From NCBI GenBank assembly GCA_049515895.1, contig JBEKTQ010000006.1, positions 64,234 to 128,233 on the forward strand: a DNA stretch of 64,000 bases, read 5' to 3'. Positions within the stretch are counted from its first letter, which is position 1, and every line of letters starts with the position of its first letter. The translations under genes and the position numbers were made by a program. The DNA comes from Candidatus Bathyarchaeia archaeon. GTDB lineage: Archaea > Thermoproteota > Bathyarchaeia > Bathyarchaeales > Bathycorpusculaceae. This document shows, one piece after another, positions 1 through 9,930 of the stretch. The notes below the pieces were generated by a model. The model saw nothing but the letters and a program-made list of their open reading frames with translations. It was not told the origin of the DNA and ran no database searches.

Positions 1-296
1 TAAACAATCATTAGCGGGTAAATCAACCCTGATTAAGACGCCCCAGCAAAGCTCGAATCCTCAAGCCAACGTTCCGTTAGAATAACCGTCTAAAAAGAAG
101 CTCAAACGGGGCCATGGCATTTGCCCTCGTTCCACCGCCTCAGAAACTTCAAACGCTCGCTTCATACCCCTCTTGCTCCGCTCAATCGTGAAAAACTGTC
201 GCAATTCAGGGAAGCTCGTGCCTCGTTTCCTCACTCGTGCGAAATGATTAAGGAAATAAGTAGTAAAAAGTTACTGAGGCCAAAATATAATCAGTA

Positions 297-737
297 TTAT
301 GAACCGAGTTTCCGCTCATCCAAAACTGCGCCATCGCCTCTCAAAACAGCCGTAAAACTCTGATTTGATTTCATGCTGTCATCAAACCCAATTAATAGGT
401 TGATTTGATCTTGCAGTGTTTCTCCTGCATGAAGCGTAAAGCTTTCAGGGCGATAGTCATATGCGCCAGTTTCGCTGATGTTTCCGTTGACCATTCTTTC
501 AATCGTTAGATTTCCATTCTTGATTTCAGCCGTCCCCGTGTTTTCTACAGTTACATTGAACGTGATAATCATCTCCATCCCAACGATCGGGGAGGGCCCT
601 TCAGCAATGAAGGCTGTTATCTTTGCTTGGAGGCTCGGTTGAGGAGAAAAATAACCAGAATAGAAAAGCAGCGTAGTTACCGACGCAAAAACGATAACGA
701 CCGTAACTATTACTAGAATAAGTTTTCTTTTGATCAT
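297..737 (-). CDS. Membrane-anchored hypothetical protein, possible Ig-like/CARDB-type domain
   Basis: 146 aa; N-terminal TM helix; FNVTVENTG beta-sandwich-like motif. Confidence 0.6.
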   Translation of the reverse strand: MIKRKLILVIVTVVIVFASVTTLLFYSGYFSPQPSLQAKITAFIAEGPSPIVGMEMIITFNVTVENTGTAEIKNGNLTIERMVNGNISETGAYDYRPESFTLHAGETLQDQINLLIGFDDSMKSNQSFTAVLRGDGAVLDERKLGS

Positions 738-969
738 TAATTCAAGTATCCCCTTTTTAGCCAGATAGCTATTTTTTCGTTCTCGATAATTTAGTTTTTT
801 TCCGTTTAAAATCCTTTTTTGTCAAGGTTTATTAACCAACCAATTATTTCTTAGTCCAGATTTCTTGACTAAGGCGAACTTCTAGAGGCTTATAACTAGA
901 AAGTGATCATAACAATATTGGGATATAAAATGAGTTAGGAACCTAAAAAATTACTAAGGCTAAGGGTGG

Positions 970-990
970 GTTACGTCCAGCACACCAGCC
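970..990 (+). repeat. Direct repeat copy 1 (GTTACGTCCAGCACACCAGCC)
   Basis: Near-identical to 3981-4002; the pair flanks the first beta-propeller gene. Confidence 0.5.
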
Positions 991-1094
991 TATTTCGCTA
1001 ACACACCGCACTTTTATGGTCCCTGCTAACAAGGTGCTCCATTAAGAAAGACTCACAAAAAAAATGGAAAGTTGTTTTTGCTTTGCTTCTTTGG

Positions 1095-3716
1095 CTATGG
1101 ACGTTTTCGTGTGACAAGAATTGCTAGTACAGCGCCGATTATGACGATTACGATAATGATTGCTATTCCTACGTACATGATGTCGTTTTGAGTGGTTGCT
1201 TGGCTAAGTGGTGATGCGGTTGGTGCAACTGTTGGTGCTGCGGCGCTAGCGTAGAAAGCTGCTTGACTTGAAGAGCCATAGTATGATTGTGTGCCTGCAA
1301 AAGTGGCGGTGACAGTGTAGTTGCCTGTGATGTCAGGTTTCCAATTGAAGCTGTAGAAGCCGCTGGCAGTGGTTGTGGTTGCGCCGATTGTTCTGTAGTT
1401 GCCGTTGCTGTCCAAGACTGATAATGTAACTGGGACTCCAGTTATGTTGGTTGGCATTGGCTGCTGCATGTAAACGGATTCCATGAACTGCGTCATGCTT
1501 GCGTCGGAAACGCATGGTAGACCGTTGGGGAAGTTTGCTGCACCTACGTCCTGGTTTGCGCCTGCGGAGATGTCAGTCACTCTGCCAGAGATGGTTATTG
1601 GAGCTGCGGTCGTGACGCCAACGTCGGGTGCTGTGACGGTGGTTTTGCTTGGCCCAATGCCGAAGCCGTATATCTGTCCGTCGTAGCCGTTCCATCCGAT
1701 CAGTTCTCCGTCAGCGATAGGTGATACGTCTCTCTGGAAAGCGCCATTTATTTCCCAAACTTCGTTGCCGTTGGCGCAGTTCAATGCAATTTTCTCTCCA
1801 CCTGGAAAGAGCGGCGGATCGTAGCAGCGTCCTTCGGAGAGGAATAGCATTCCATCGGCGATGCTTTGCGTATCAAAGACCCAATTGGGATATATACCGT
1901 AAGGCGTGTTGTATCCAGCACTTCCTCTGGTCCACGTCCAATCAATTTTTCCAGTTGTAAGGTTGAGAGCGTTTACGTAGCCACCGATGTCCCAGATGTA
2001 GACTTGACCGTAGGCGATAGCTCCACCTGCGAAGAGGGTGCTCAGTCCATTTCCTACTAGTTGAGTTGGACCCCAGAGTTTACTGCCAGTTGACAGCGAA
2101 TAGCCGTATGCTTGATCTGTGTCTTTGTCCAGTCTCACGTATATGCCGTTGCCTGATGCCTCAAGGTTGTAATTATGCGCGTTTTGCAATGTCTGGTTTG
2201 TTGGTCCGAAAAGAAGCGCGCCAGTCATGGGATTGTACGCTATATCTGTAACATAAGATCCACCATACTGTGAGAACGATGCGAACACGCCGGCGCTAAT
2301 AAGGGTCGTGGCTGAGGTCAAAAGTATTCCTTGGGTGGTTTCTGAAGAGATGCCAAAGCTTGGATTCGCCATCGGAACTGGCACTGACCACTGGATGCCT
2401 GTTGTGAAGTTGTAGGTTCCTGTTGGTTTAAAGTCACCTGTGTAGATTTCAGCCGAAAGGCCATTTGCTCCTGGACCACCAACAAGGCAAAGTGATGAAT
2501 TCCACATAGTCAGCGATTCCGCGACAACGGGGCTGAAGGGGTTGCCAGGTACGGCATTAGTGGTATTGGTGTAGTAGAGTAGTATTGATCCTGCGCAGTT
2601 AGGTTCGTTGGAATCTATCAGTGCGTTTGTTGATGTTGAAAAGAGGTTAGCTATGCTTCCTGGTACGCTGTTTACAGTTGCCATGTAGTTTCCTGTGAAC
2701 GGATCTAATATGTCATAGTTTGCAGTTGAAGGATTGTACACCCACAGGAGTGCTTGAGAGCCGAATTCCTCAACTGTGTGGAATGTGATCACTTGACCAT
2801 ACACCAGTGTGTCAGTGGTATTCTTTACCCATAACGTTTGTCCGTTGAAGAGGTCAACTGCAACGATGCCTGCGTAGTCGGTTTGAGCGGGATACCAGCT
2901 GTAGAAAAGAATTCCATCCAGAATTATCGGTTCAAAGGTGTGGTAGAGTGGCGAGTTTGCGGCGAATGAGCTCATTTCGTTAGCTGGGGTTTCGCCTCCA
3001 GGTTGGCCTCCAGTTGTGATTAGTTTCGTCCACAGTACGTGCGCCGTCGTTGGTGCTGTGCTGTAGGGTTGGAAGTTGTTTCCTGAGCCGTCGTATCCAC
3101 CTGTATTGTCGAATCCTGGTCTACCCAGTCCGTACCAGTTTCCACCGACCGCTTGCGCCCACCAATAGTTTGATGCGTAAATTGGTGTTGTCCAGTAGCT
3201 CGTTGGAAGAGGAGTACTAGAAAAGTATGATACCGGAGTTGCTTGCACAACAATTGAGACTGCTGGGCTTATTGAGGGATTCACATTATAGGTTATTCCG
3301 CTCGTAAGGTCCTTTCCTAATGATTGCCCAGGAAACACCGCTTGGAATGTGTAGTTTCCCACCGCTGTGGGCACGAAGTTAATTGCTGGGACGCCTCCCG
3401 TGGTGTCTGTTGTGTATGGTCCGAGGGTCTGGTTGGTTCCGTCTGGTTTAATGATGTTGACTTTCAGGTTTGTGAGTGCTGATCCGGCGTTGATGAAGTT
3501 GTTGTAGTTAAGTAATGTTACGGGTTTGGTGAAGAAGAGGGTTATGTACACGGTTTGGCCGACGCCGACGGGGCTGGGTGCTGCGTTGACGTACAGAAAT
3601 GTTGGAAGGTTTACAGGCGACGATGTTTGGGCAGATGCTTGTCCTATCATCATTATCATTGGAGCTGTTAATACTATCATAAGAACCAAAGCAATCAAAC
3701 GTCTTTTGGTTTGCAT
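1095..3716 (-). CDS. Large surface protein with PQQ-binding-like beta-propeller repeats and C-terminal TM anchor (paralog 1)
   Basis: 873 aa; signal peptide; ALNLTTGKIDW/ALNCANGNEVW-type repeats; C-terminal TM followed by RKRP; paralog of 6068-8788. Confidence 0.8.
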   Translation of the reverse strand: MQTKRRLIALVLMIVLTAPMIMMIGQASAQTSSPVNLPTFLYVNAAPSPVGVGQTVYITLFFTKPVTLLNYNNFINAGSALTNLKVNIIKPDGTNQTLGPYTTDTTGGVPAINFVPTAVGNYTFQAVFPGQSLGKDLTSGITYNVNPSISPAVSIVVQATPVSYFSSTPLPTSYWTTPIYASNYWWAQAVGGNWYGLGRPGFDNTGGYDGSGNNFQPYSTAPTTAHVLWTKLITTGGQPGGETPANEMSSFAANSPLYHTFEPIILDGILFYSWYPAQTDYAGIVAVDLFNGQTLWVKNTTDTLVYGQVITFHTVEEFGSQALLWVYNPSTANYDILDPFTGNYMATVNSVPGSIANLFSTSTNALIDSNEPNCAGSILLYYTNTTNAVPGNPFSPVVAESLTMWNSSLCLVGGPGANGLSAEIYTGDFKPTGTYNFTTGIQWSVPVPMANPSFGISSETTQGILLTSATTLISAGVFASFSQYGGSYVTDIAYNPMTGALLFGPTNQTLQNAHNYNLEASGNGIYVRLDKDTDQAYGYSLSTGSKLWGPTQLVGNGLSTLFAGGAIAYGQVYIWDIGGYVNALNLTTGKIDWTWTRGSAGYNTPYGIYPNWVFDTQSIADGMLFLSEGRCYDPPLFPGGEKIALNCANGNEVWEINGAFQRDVSPIADGELIGWNGYDGQIYGFGIGPSKTTVTAPDVGVTTAAPITISGRVTDISAGANQDVGAANFPNGLPCVSDASMTQFMESVYMQQPMPTNITGVPVTLSVLDSNGNYRTIGATTTTASGFYSFNWKPDITGNYTVTATFAGTQSYYGSSSQAAFYASAAAPTVAPTASPLSQATTQNDIMYVGIAIIIVIVIIGAVLAILVTRKRP

Positions 3717-3980
3717 TTTTGTTTTTCTCCTTTAATATTATTTGTGCTGAGAAGAAGCAGAGAAGACGCCTCTTCTCCACGTAGCCCCTCTCTGTCCAAC
3801 TCATATAAGTAATTTGCGCAAAACTCTTAGAGGATAAAGCAAATAAATGCATTTTTTCATTTAAAAGGATGAAAAATTAAACGAAAAGCAGTGGTTGTAC
3901 TTCAAGAAAATACGTTTGCCAACCTAATTCTAACGACCGAAGGAAGAAAGGGGGTGTGGCAATTTCGCCAATCTTGATGT

Positions 3981-4002
3981 GTTACGTCCAACACAACCAG
4001 CC
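3981..4002 (+). repeat. Direct repeat copy 2 (GTTACGTCCAACACAACCAGCC)
   Basis: Matches 970-990 with one substitution and one insertion. Confidence 0.5.
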
Positions 4003-4099
4003 CCCAAAATGACCTGGGAACCAGTGTAAATAACATAAGCCCCTGAAACCCAAAAATAGCGAAACCAACTAAGGAACTTAGCCAATCGGTTAGAATCAG

Positions 4100-4231
4100 T
4101 TATCCAATCTCACACACATTCTCAACCGTCACCTCAGTAACGTCATCATCAAAACAAACTCCGCAAAGACGTGAATCAATTGACCGATTATTCTTAGTCG
4201 AACAGCAACCACAACGAACACGCGTGCCCAA
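4100..4231 (-). CDS. Possible 43-aa Cys-rich micro-protein
   Basis: Manual translation from TTG: MGTRVRCGCCSTKNNRSIDSRLCGVCFDDDVTEVTVENVCEIG; TATA-like sequence just upstream. Confidence 0.3.
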   Translation of the reverse strand: MGTRVRCGCCSTKNNRSIDSRLCGVCFDDDVTEVTVENVCEIG

Positions 4232-4327
4232 TGTTGTTTATAATTCATTTTATAGATTCATAATTATTATTAGACAAGTTTTTCTACAATAGATAAGGTC
4301 AACCTTCCCATTGAGAGTTCTACCATT

Positions 4328-5140
4328 ATGGCCGAAGCTACGACTGAACAGACGATTATGGATTACGCGGTGATAGCAAGAGGACACGTTCTCTCAGCTT
4401 GTACGGACAAAATAGTCCCGAGGAAGACCGTGGTTTTCACAACTCTTGTAGACCCAACCGTCATAAAAGTAGCCGGGGAAAGACTAAAACGACGGCTATT
4501 TACCAAGTTTGGGATTCGGAAGCCCAGCCTTGCAACCATCCAATTAGCTTCTCTGCAAAAATACTACGAACCATACATAGTGATTAGCGCCAGATATTTT
4601 CTAGATTACTACCGCATGTGCGCTTACACTGTTTCAATCGATAGCGAAGTACGCGAGTTCGTCATGCAAAACAGAACATTCTATCCGGAGAAAAGTCAGA
4701 ATTCAACCGCAAGCATAAAGTTTGAGGGCGAAGAACGGCTTGTTGTTGAGAAGAAATCCTTCTTCATGCTATTAAAGAATGGTCAAGAAGCGAATCCTGA
4801 AACGTTACCTAGCGGGCCCCCGGAGAAGAAGCCCAAGGAGTCAATAAGGGCACAATGCATTAAGGAAATCGATCCGGAAGCGGACGTTGACTTTGCTCGG
4901 AAAAGGCTAGTTCATCGACCGGAAAACCTGAGCCGTATAGTCGATGAGGTTTTTGAAATCAGCGAAAGAGTCGTAATTTACGCCCCCAGATTCAAGCTTA
5001 CGTACGTTAATGCGAGCAATTACGAGGAAAAATCAATTGAGTTTGACGGAATTACATCAAAAAGAATCCTCGACGAGAACCTTCCTTCTCGTGCAGTCCG
5101 AGCCATTAAGTCCACCTTGAGCGCGACTTTCAAGAAGTAG
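4328..5140 (+). CDS. Hypothetical protein
   Basis: 270-aa ORF with protein-like composition; no family recognised. Confidence 0.75.
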   Translation: MAEATTEQTIMDYAVIARGHVLSACTDKIVPRKTVVFTTLVDPTVIKVAGERLKRRLFTKFGIRKPSLATIQLASLQKYYEPYIVISARYFLDYYRMCAYTVSIDSEVREFVMQNRTFYPEKSQNSTASIKFEGEERLVVEKKSFFMLLKNGQEANPETLPSGPPEKKPKESIRAQCIKEIDPEADVDFARKRLVHRPENLSRIVDEVFEISERVVIYAPRFKLTYVNASNYEEKSIEFDGITSKRILDENLPSRAVRAIKSTLSATFKK

Positions 5141-5168
5141 AAAAGTGCGCCGGCGCGCGCGTTACTCT

Positions 5169-5399
5169 TTAATTGCGGACATTGAACCCACGTAATCTCA
5201 ACACGAACCATACAACGCACACTAATAGGAATAGGCTGTCGCCGAGGTTCGGCCACAACGGGAAGTAAACCCAGTTGTTAAAGAAGGTCGGAAGTTTTAA
5301 AGCATAACCGGCGATTCCGAAGAGGCACATGATATCGACACACCTTATGAACAATTGTTTTCCTGTTCTAGGAATCCATGAGTAGGATGCCCCTTGCAT
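5169..5399 (-). CDS. Small membrane protein (2 TM), hypothetical
   Basis: 76 aa; two hydrophobic segments; GAGG upstream. Confidence 0.45.
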   Translation of the reverse strand: MQGASYSWIPRTGKQLFIRCVDIMCLFGIAGYALKLPTFFNNWVYFPLWPNLGDSLFLLVCVVWFVLRLRGFNVRN

Positions 5400-5629
5400 T
5401 TGCCTTCGTCCTCTTAATGGATTGAGTTGCTCAACTTAATTTATTTTTACCAACCTCAAATCTTAATATTACAAGTATCCTTTCTTTCAATCTTGCGTGA
5501 GCGCGCGTGCTTGTTCCCAAATTATGAAGTAAGCAGCATTTTTTTCTAACTCCATAGGATGTGCCACCGGCAGCTTCGACCCTGCATTTGATGATGAAAA
5601 GAATCAACAACCTTCAAGTGGCGTAATAA

Positions 5630-5885
5630 GTTGTCTGGCCTGGCCAACAAAATTTCGAAAACGGTTGGGTTAGCGGCATGCTTAATTCTTCTCTTTGTTG
5701 ACTATTTCAGCTATATAGCATAGGACCTCGGATTTTGGGGAGATTTAAGGAGATTTCGGGAGAATTGGGGAGATTTGGGGAGATTTTTAGACGCAACCTG
5801 CAGCCGATCCAAGACCTAAATCAAAAAAGCAACCCAAATCACAAACAACAAATTTGCCGGTTTCCCACGGCGCCAAAATAACTCA
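5630..5885. repeat. Non-coding element copy 1: 10-bp-period (GG)AGATTT array plus conserved ~85-bp block
   Basis: Units at 5741, 5751, 5761, 5771, 5781; block 5784-5870 aligns ungapped to 23184-23270. Confidence 0.8.
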
Positions 5886-6029
5886 CAAAACCATTCCAAC
5901 CTAAACGAACAACTTTTAGCGGCAATGTTGCAGTATTCTTTCATATTAGTGCAGAAAAATGTGACCAAACGCGCGGCGTGCTAATCTTGTGCGAAATGTT
6001 ATGACATTTTCTTAATGCTGTCTTGATTT

Positions 6030-6050
6030 AAAAAATAAAAAAAGAAAAAG
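6030..6050 (-). terminator. Oligo-T archaeal terminator of beta-propeller paralog 2
   Basis: T-rich run on the minus strand just after the stop codon. Confidence 0.5.
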
Positions 6051-6067
6051 GGGTTTTGACTATTTGT

Positions 6068-8788
6068 TTACACTCGTTTTCTTGTGACTAAGATTGCGAG
6101 TACTGCGCCGATTATGATTATGACGATTATTACCGCTATGAGTCCGTACATGACTGTGTTGTTTGAAGCTAAGCCGCTGGCTGGTGATGCTGTTGGTGCT
6201 TGTGTTGCTGGGGGTGCACCTGCGTGGACGGCTGCTTCAGCTGATGAACCGTAGTATCCGTTTGTGCCAGCGAATACTGCATAGATCGTGTAGTCGCCGG
6301 TAATGTCTGGTTTCCACGTGAAGCTGTAGAATCCGCTTCCATCTGAGGTTGTTGTTCCGATTTGTCGATAGTTGTGGTTGCTGTCCAGGACATATAATGT
6401 CACTGGGACTCCTGTAAGGTTGGTCGGTAGTGGCTGCTGCTCGTATGCGAATTCCATTAAGCCTTTCATACTGTCATCGGATACGCATGGTAGTCCGTTG
6501 GGGAAGTTCGCCTTAACTGCTTCTTGTGATGCACCTGCGCAGACATCGGTTACTGTGCCGCTTATGACGACTGGTGTGTCTGTTGTTACTCCGACAGAAG
6601 GTGCGCTAACGGTTGTTTTGCTTGGTCCCTGTGCGTACGCGTAGACTTGTCCGTCGTAGGCGTTGAATGTGGTTAATACGCCGTCTGTCACTTCGGTTCC
6701 TGTGTCGTCGAAGCCCAAGTTGCTCCACACGAGTTTTCCACTTGTTGCGTTCAGTGCCAACTCTAGTGCTCCGTGGAATAGCGGTGGGTTGTATTCGTGT
6801 CCTTCAGATAGGTACAGGATTGTATTAGTTCCTGTTCCAGCCATGGCGTGGTCTGCGAAGACCCAGATTGGGTAGACCCCGTATGGTGACTCTGTTCCGG
6901 CTGGTCCGTTAATCTGGTATGTGCTCCACGTCCAGAGAATGTTGCCGTTGGCCATGTTTACTGCCCATACGTCTCCTCCTAAGCCCCAAACGTACATTGT
7001 GTTCAGTAATGAGTCAGGAAGAGTGACGAGGCCGTAGGCGTCGTAGGTGTTCAGTGAATTGCCGTCTGCCATTTTTACGTTGAGGTTGCTTGTCCATACT
7101 TGCTGGCCTGTGGTGTCTGAGTATGCTGCCATCTGGAAGGTGTTCTGGTTTGTTTCAACGTAGATTCCGTTTGCTGCTGCACTATAAGCTAATCTAGTGT
7201 AGGGTGTGTATATGCCGCCGGTGCGGTTGGTTATCCACATTAGGTTGCCGTCTGTTGCGCTGTAGCCGGCTTCAACCATGTACCCAGTGGTTTCTGAAAC
7301 TGAGACGGAGCCTTGTTCGAATACTAGGGTGTTTCCTGCCCATAATGTCGAGCCTAGAGCTGTGCCGAGTCCTGCCACGAGTTGTCCGTTGAGAACCGGG
7401 TTCATTGAAACAGCCCAGACCAATGCGTAGTTTGCATCGAATACAGTGTTAGGTGCAATGTTCCAGTCGAATAAGCCGCCGAAAGCTGACATTTGGCCGC
7501 TTGCTATGAAAGCGTTGGTTAGGTTGTAGAATTCCAGTACTGGTCCTTTGGATGCGGGGAAGACGACTTTTGTCGTGGGGATTGGGCCAAACATCGGTGG
7601 ACCACCCGGGGACATGTGTGGAATTGTGACGGTCAGATCAGTGGCTGGAGTTGGGGGTCCGAAGAAGTTGATGGTGGCGTTTTGAGCGGCTTGCCAGCCG
7701 ATTATGTTTCCATTAGCGTCTTGCCCGAGGAATCCCAATGAAGGCATGTTGATGATTGAAGCGACCAAATTTCCCGTCATAGCATCCCACATATACCATG
7801 TGGCTGGTCCAGAGGAGAAGAATCCGCCGCCGGTTTGAGTGAAGATGTATGGTCCGACAATGCCGTATTGGTCAATTGTTGGGAAGTTAAGCTCCATGCC
7901 ACATCTTAAGATTGTCGTGGTGTTGATTACCCATTCAGTCTGTCCGTTATACAGGTTTACCGCTATGATGCCTTGCGAGGCGGCGGTTTGTGTTGTGTAC
8001 CAGGTTGAATAGAGTACTCCGTTCATGATAACTGGCGCGTATTTTGGATCGTATTGTGAGGTTGTCCAGAAGCTGCTGTACTGCTCGGTGTTGCCCAGTG
8101 GTGCTCCAGCTGCTCCTCCGACGCACCATGGTTTGGTCCAGAGGATGTGCGCAGAAGCTGGCGCAGCGGAGAACGGGTTGTAGTTGCCAGTGGCGTTGTA
8201 GCCTCCTGTGTTCGCAAATGTGACGGAGGAATATCCCATCCAGCCTCCGTTTAATGCTGCCCAGTTAAAGATGTTTTCAGAGTTTACTGGAGTTTCCCAG
8301 TAGGCTGTTGGGAGTGGAGTGTTTGGTAAGCCTCCCCTTGGCTCTGATGTCACAACAAGCGTCTGTGGTGCACTTTGACTTGGGTCATTGTAATAATTCG
8401 TGTAGCCGAATCCCGTGAAGGGTTGTCCGCCGTAGAACATTTGGAATGTGTAGTTGCCGACTGATGTTGGAGTGTAGGTTGTGAATGTGCCGCCGGTTGT
8501 GTCAGTGGTGAATGTTCCTAGTGAGGATTTTACTCCGGCTGGATTGGTAACGTAGACGGTCATGTTTTTGGCGACTTCTGTATCAAAAATTGGCACAGCA
8601 AGCCAAAAATCAACGGTAACTATTTGACCAACACCGCATGGGTTAGGAGCGACGTTGCAAAAGGATATTGTTGGGACATGGACGATGCTTTGCCCGAACG
8701 CTGATTTCGATACTGTTAAAGCGCCTGCTAAAGATACCATAAGCATGCATAGTATTATCGCAGCAATTTTGTTTTTCAATAAATGCAT
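6068..8788 (-). CDS. Large surface protein with PQQ-binding-like beta-propeller repeats and C-terminal TM anchor (paralog 2)
   Basis: Start set at MHLLKNK (GGAG upstream); shares N-terminus and C-terminal ~190 aa (GPSKTTV..NFPNGLPCVSD..WKPDITG..LVTRKR) with 1095-3716. Confidence 0.8.
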   Translation of the reverse strand: MHLLKNKIAAIILCMLMVSLAGALTVSKSAFGQSIVHVPTISFCNVAPNPCGVGQIVTVDFWLAVPIFDTEVAKNMTVYVTNPAGVKSSLGTFTTDTTGGTFTTYTPTSVGNYTFQMFYGGQPFTGFGYTNYYNDPSQSAPQTLVVTSEPRGGLPNTPLPTAYWETPVNSENIFNWAALNGGWMGYSSVTFANTGGYNATGNYNPFSAAPASAHILWTKPWCVGGAAGAPLGNTEQYSSFWTTSQYDPKYAPVIMNGVLYSTWYTTQTAASQGIIAVNLYNGQTEWVINTTTILRCGMELNFPTIDQYGIVGPYIFTQTGGGFFSSGPATWYMWDAMTGNLVASIINMPSLGFLGQDANGNIIGWQAAQNATINFFGPPTPATDLTVTIPHMSPGGPPMFGPIPTTKVVFPASKGPVLEFYNLTNAFIASGQMSAFGGLFDWNIAPNTVFDANYALVWAVSMNPVLNGQLVAGLGTALGSTLWAGNTLVFEQGSVSVSETTGYMVEAGYSATDGNLMWITNRTGGIYTPYTRLAYSAAANGIYVETNQNTFQMAAYSDTTGQQVWTSNLNVKMADGNSLNTYDAYGLVTLPDSLLNTMYVWGLGGDVWAVNMANGNILWTWSTYQINGPAGTESPYGVYPIWVFADHAMAGTGTNTILYLSEGHEYNPPLFHGALELALNATSGKLVWSNLGFDDTGTEVTDGVLTTFNAYDGQVYAYAQGPSKTTVSAPSVGVTTDTPVVISGTVTDVCAGASQEAVKANFPNGLPCVSDDSMKGLMEFAYEQQPLPTNLTGVPVTLYVLDSNHNYRQIGTTTSDGSGFYSFTWKPDITGDYTIYAVFAGTNGYYGSSAEAAVHAGAPPATQAPTASPASGLASNNTVMYGLIAVIIVIIIIGAVLAILVTRKRV

Positions 8789-9092
8789 TTTTTCTTTTCT
8801 CCATTTAATTTTGTCTTTGTTGAGCAACAAGCAGAAAAGCCAATTGCCCAACGAATCCTCTTTCGACTCACTTTGTATTTAAAACTTGCGATGACCCTGT
8901 ATAGCGCCATTTTTGAGATTCCACGCTATTTCACTTCTTTCTTAAAGAAAAACGCAAAAATCGAGTTTCAATCTCTTGCCTGCTTGAATGAACAAACAGA
9001 AGCCTCCTTTTGTCAATTTGGAGAGGAATCGTTATGAGGTACGATTGCTCTTTTTGTTATTTGCGTGCACGTTGTTAGGAGATGGACTTTTT

Positions 9093-9251
9093 TTGCCGAC
9101 TAAGACTTTGGTTTGCGGTTGTGTTTATGAGGAAAATGAGTGGATGCTTGTCCGAATAAAAGAATGTGAAAAGCATCACAAACTGCGAACTAGAAAAGTT
9201 GAGTACAGGCCAAAAGCGGAATGCAACCGAAACGATACGAGAGGCGAGTAA
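9093..9251 (+). CDS. Small putative Zn-binding protein (CxC...CxxH)
   Basis: TTG start after GGAGATGGA; MPTKTLVCGCVYEENEWMLVRIKECEKHH... Confidence 0.45.
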   Translation: MPTKTLVCGCVYEENEWMLVRIKECEKHHKLRTRKVEYRPKAECNRNDTRGE

Positions 9252-9352
9252 GCCTTCGAGCTTTCGTCAACGGATAGACTTTATAATAAGTTCAGTATTA
9301 GGCAAGCGTGCAAAGAGATTTGCAAAGAACGTAATAGGAAGTGAAAAAACAA

Positions 9353-9496
9353 ATGTCATACGGTAACAAAGAGATGCACAAGGCAACCTGCGCTGACTGC
9401 GGAAAAGAATGCGAAGTTCCCTTCAAGCCAGACGGTAGCAGGCCAGTATATTGTCGTGAGTGCTATTCAAAACGAAGACCACCAAGACGATATTAA
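9353..9496 (+). CDS. CxxC-x17-CxxC domain Zn-ribbon protein
   Basis: Manual translation MSYGNKEMHKATCADCGKECEVPFKPDGSRPVYCRECYSKRRPPRRY; family-typical VPFKP..RPVYC..C motif; below ORF-track cutoff. Confidence 0.9.
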   Translation: MSYGNKEMHKATCADCGKECEVPFKPDGSRPVYCRECYSKRRPPRRY

Positions 9497-9683
9497 GCTT
9501 GTACGCTAAAATCTTTACCTATTTGGTAATATTCTTTTTTCTTTAATTTAACCCTGAATTAAATTCTAAACAATGGTAAACCTGATCTCCAAAAACGGGC
9601 TCGCAAGATTCCAGTGCGAAGCATATTGATGCGAAAAATGTTTTAACTTGGATGCTGTTCTTAACTTCTTATTGGGTGACTTT

Positions 9684-9812
9684 ATGCCTAGTGTAGCAAA
9701 ACGAAAAGCAAAAAACACACAGATTGAACAAAGAAAAAAATTGGAACGCGAAAAAGAAGCAAAAAAGAAACAGATGAGGCAGCAGCTTCCGACTAAAGGC
9801 CAGAAACGTTAG
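9684..9812 (+). CDS. Small Lys/Arg-rich protein A (42 aa)
   Basis: MPSVAKRKAKNTQIEQRKKLEREKEAKKKQMRQQLPTKGQKR; GGTGA RBS. Confidence 0.65.
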   Translation: MPSVAKRKAKNTQIEQRKKLEREKEAKKKQMRQQLPTKGQKR

Positions 9813-9930
9813 GCCTAAAAATAAGTAATTCACGATTGACCTCGTCGCGGCTGATTTAATTAATGCTTTTTTCGTGGCATTCTACTGAAAGTTTTTTATT
9901 AATTGCCCGTGTAATAAGTAGCGATCATTC

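Noticed and set aside
5731-5790. CRISPR array
   Set aside because: Units are 10 bp with no unique spacers, and there are no cas genes; the same holds at 23131-23198
5800-5870. Conserved peptide (PANLLFV.WVAFLI) on the minus strand of the two-copy element
   Set aside because: No shared start, and copy 1 has an early stop; treated as non-coding
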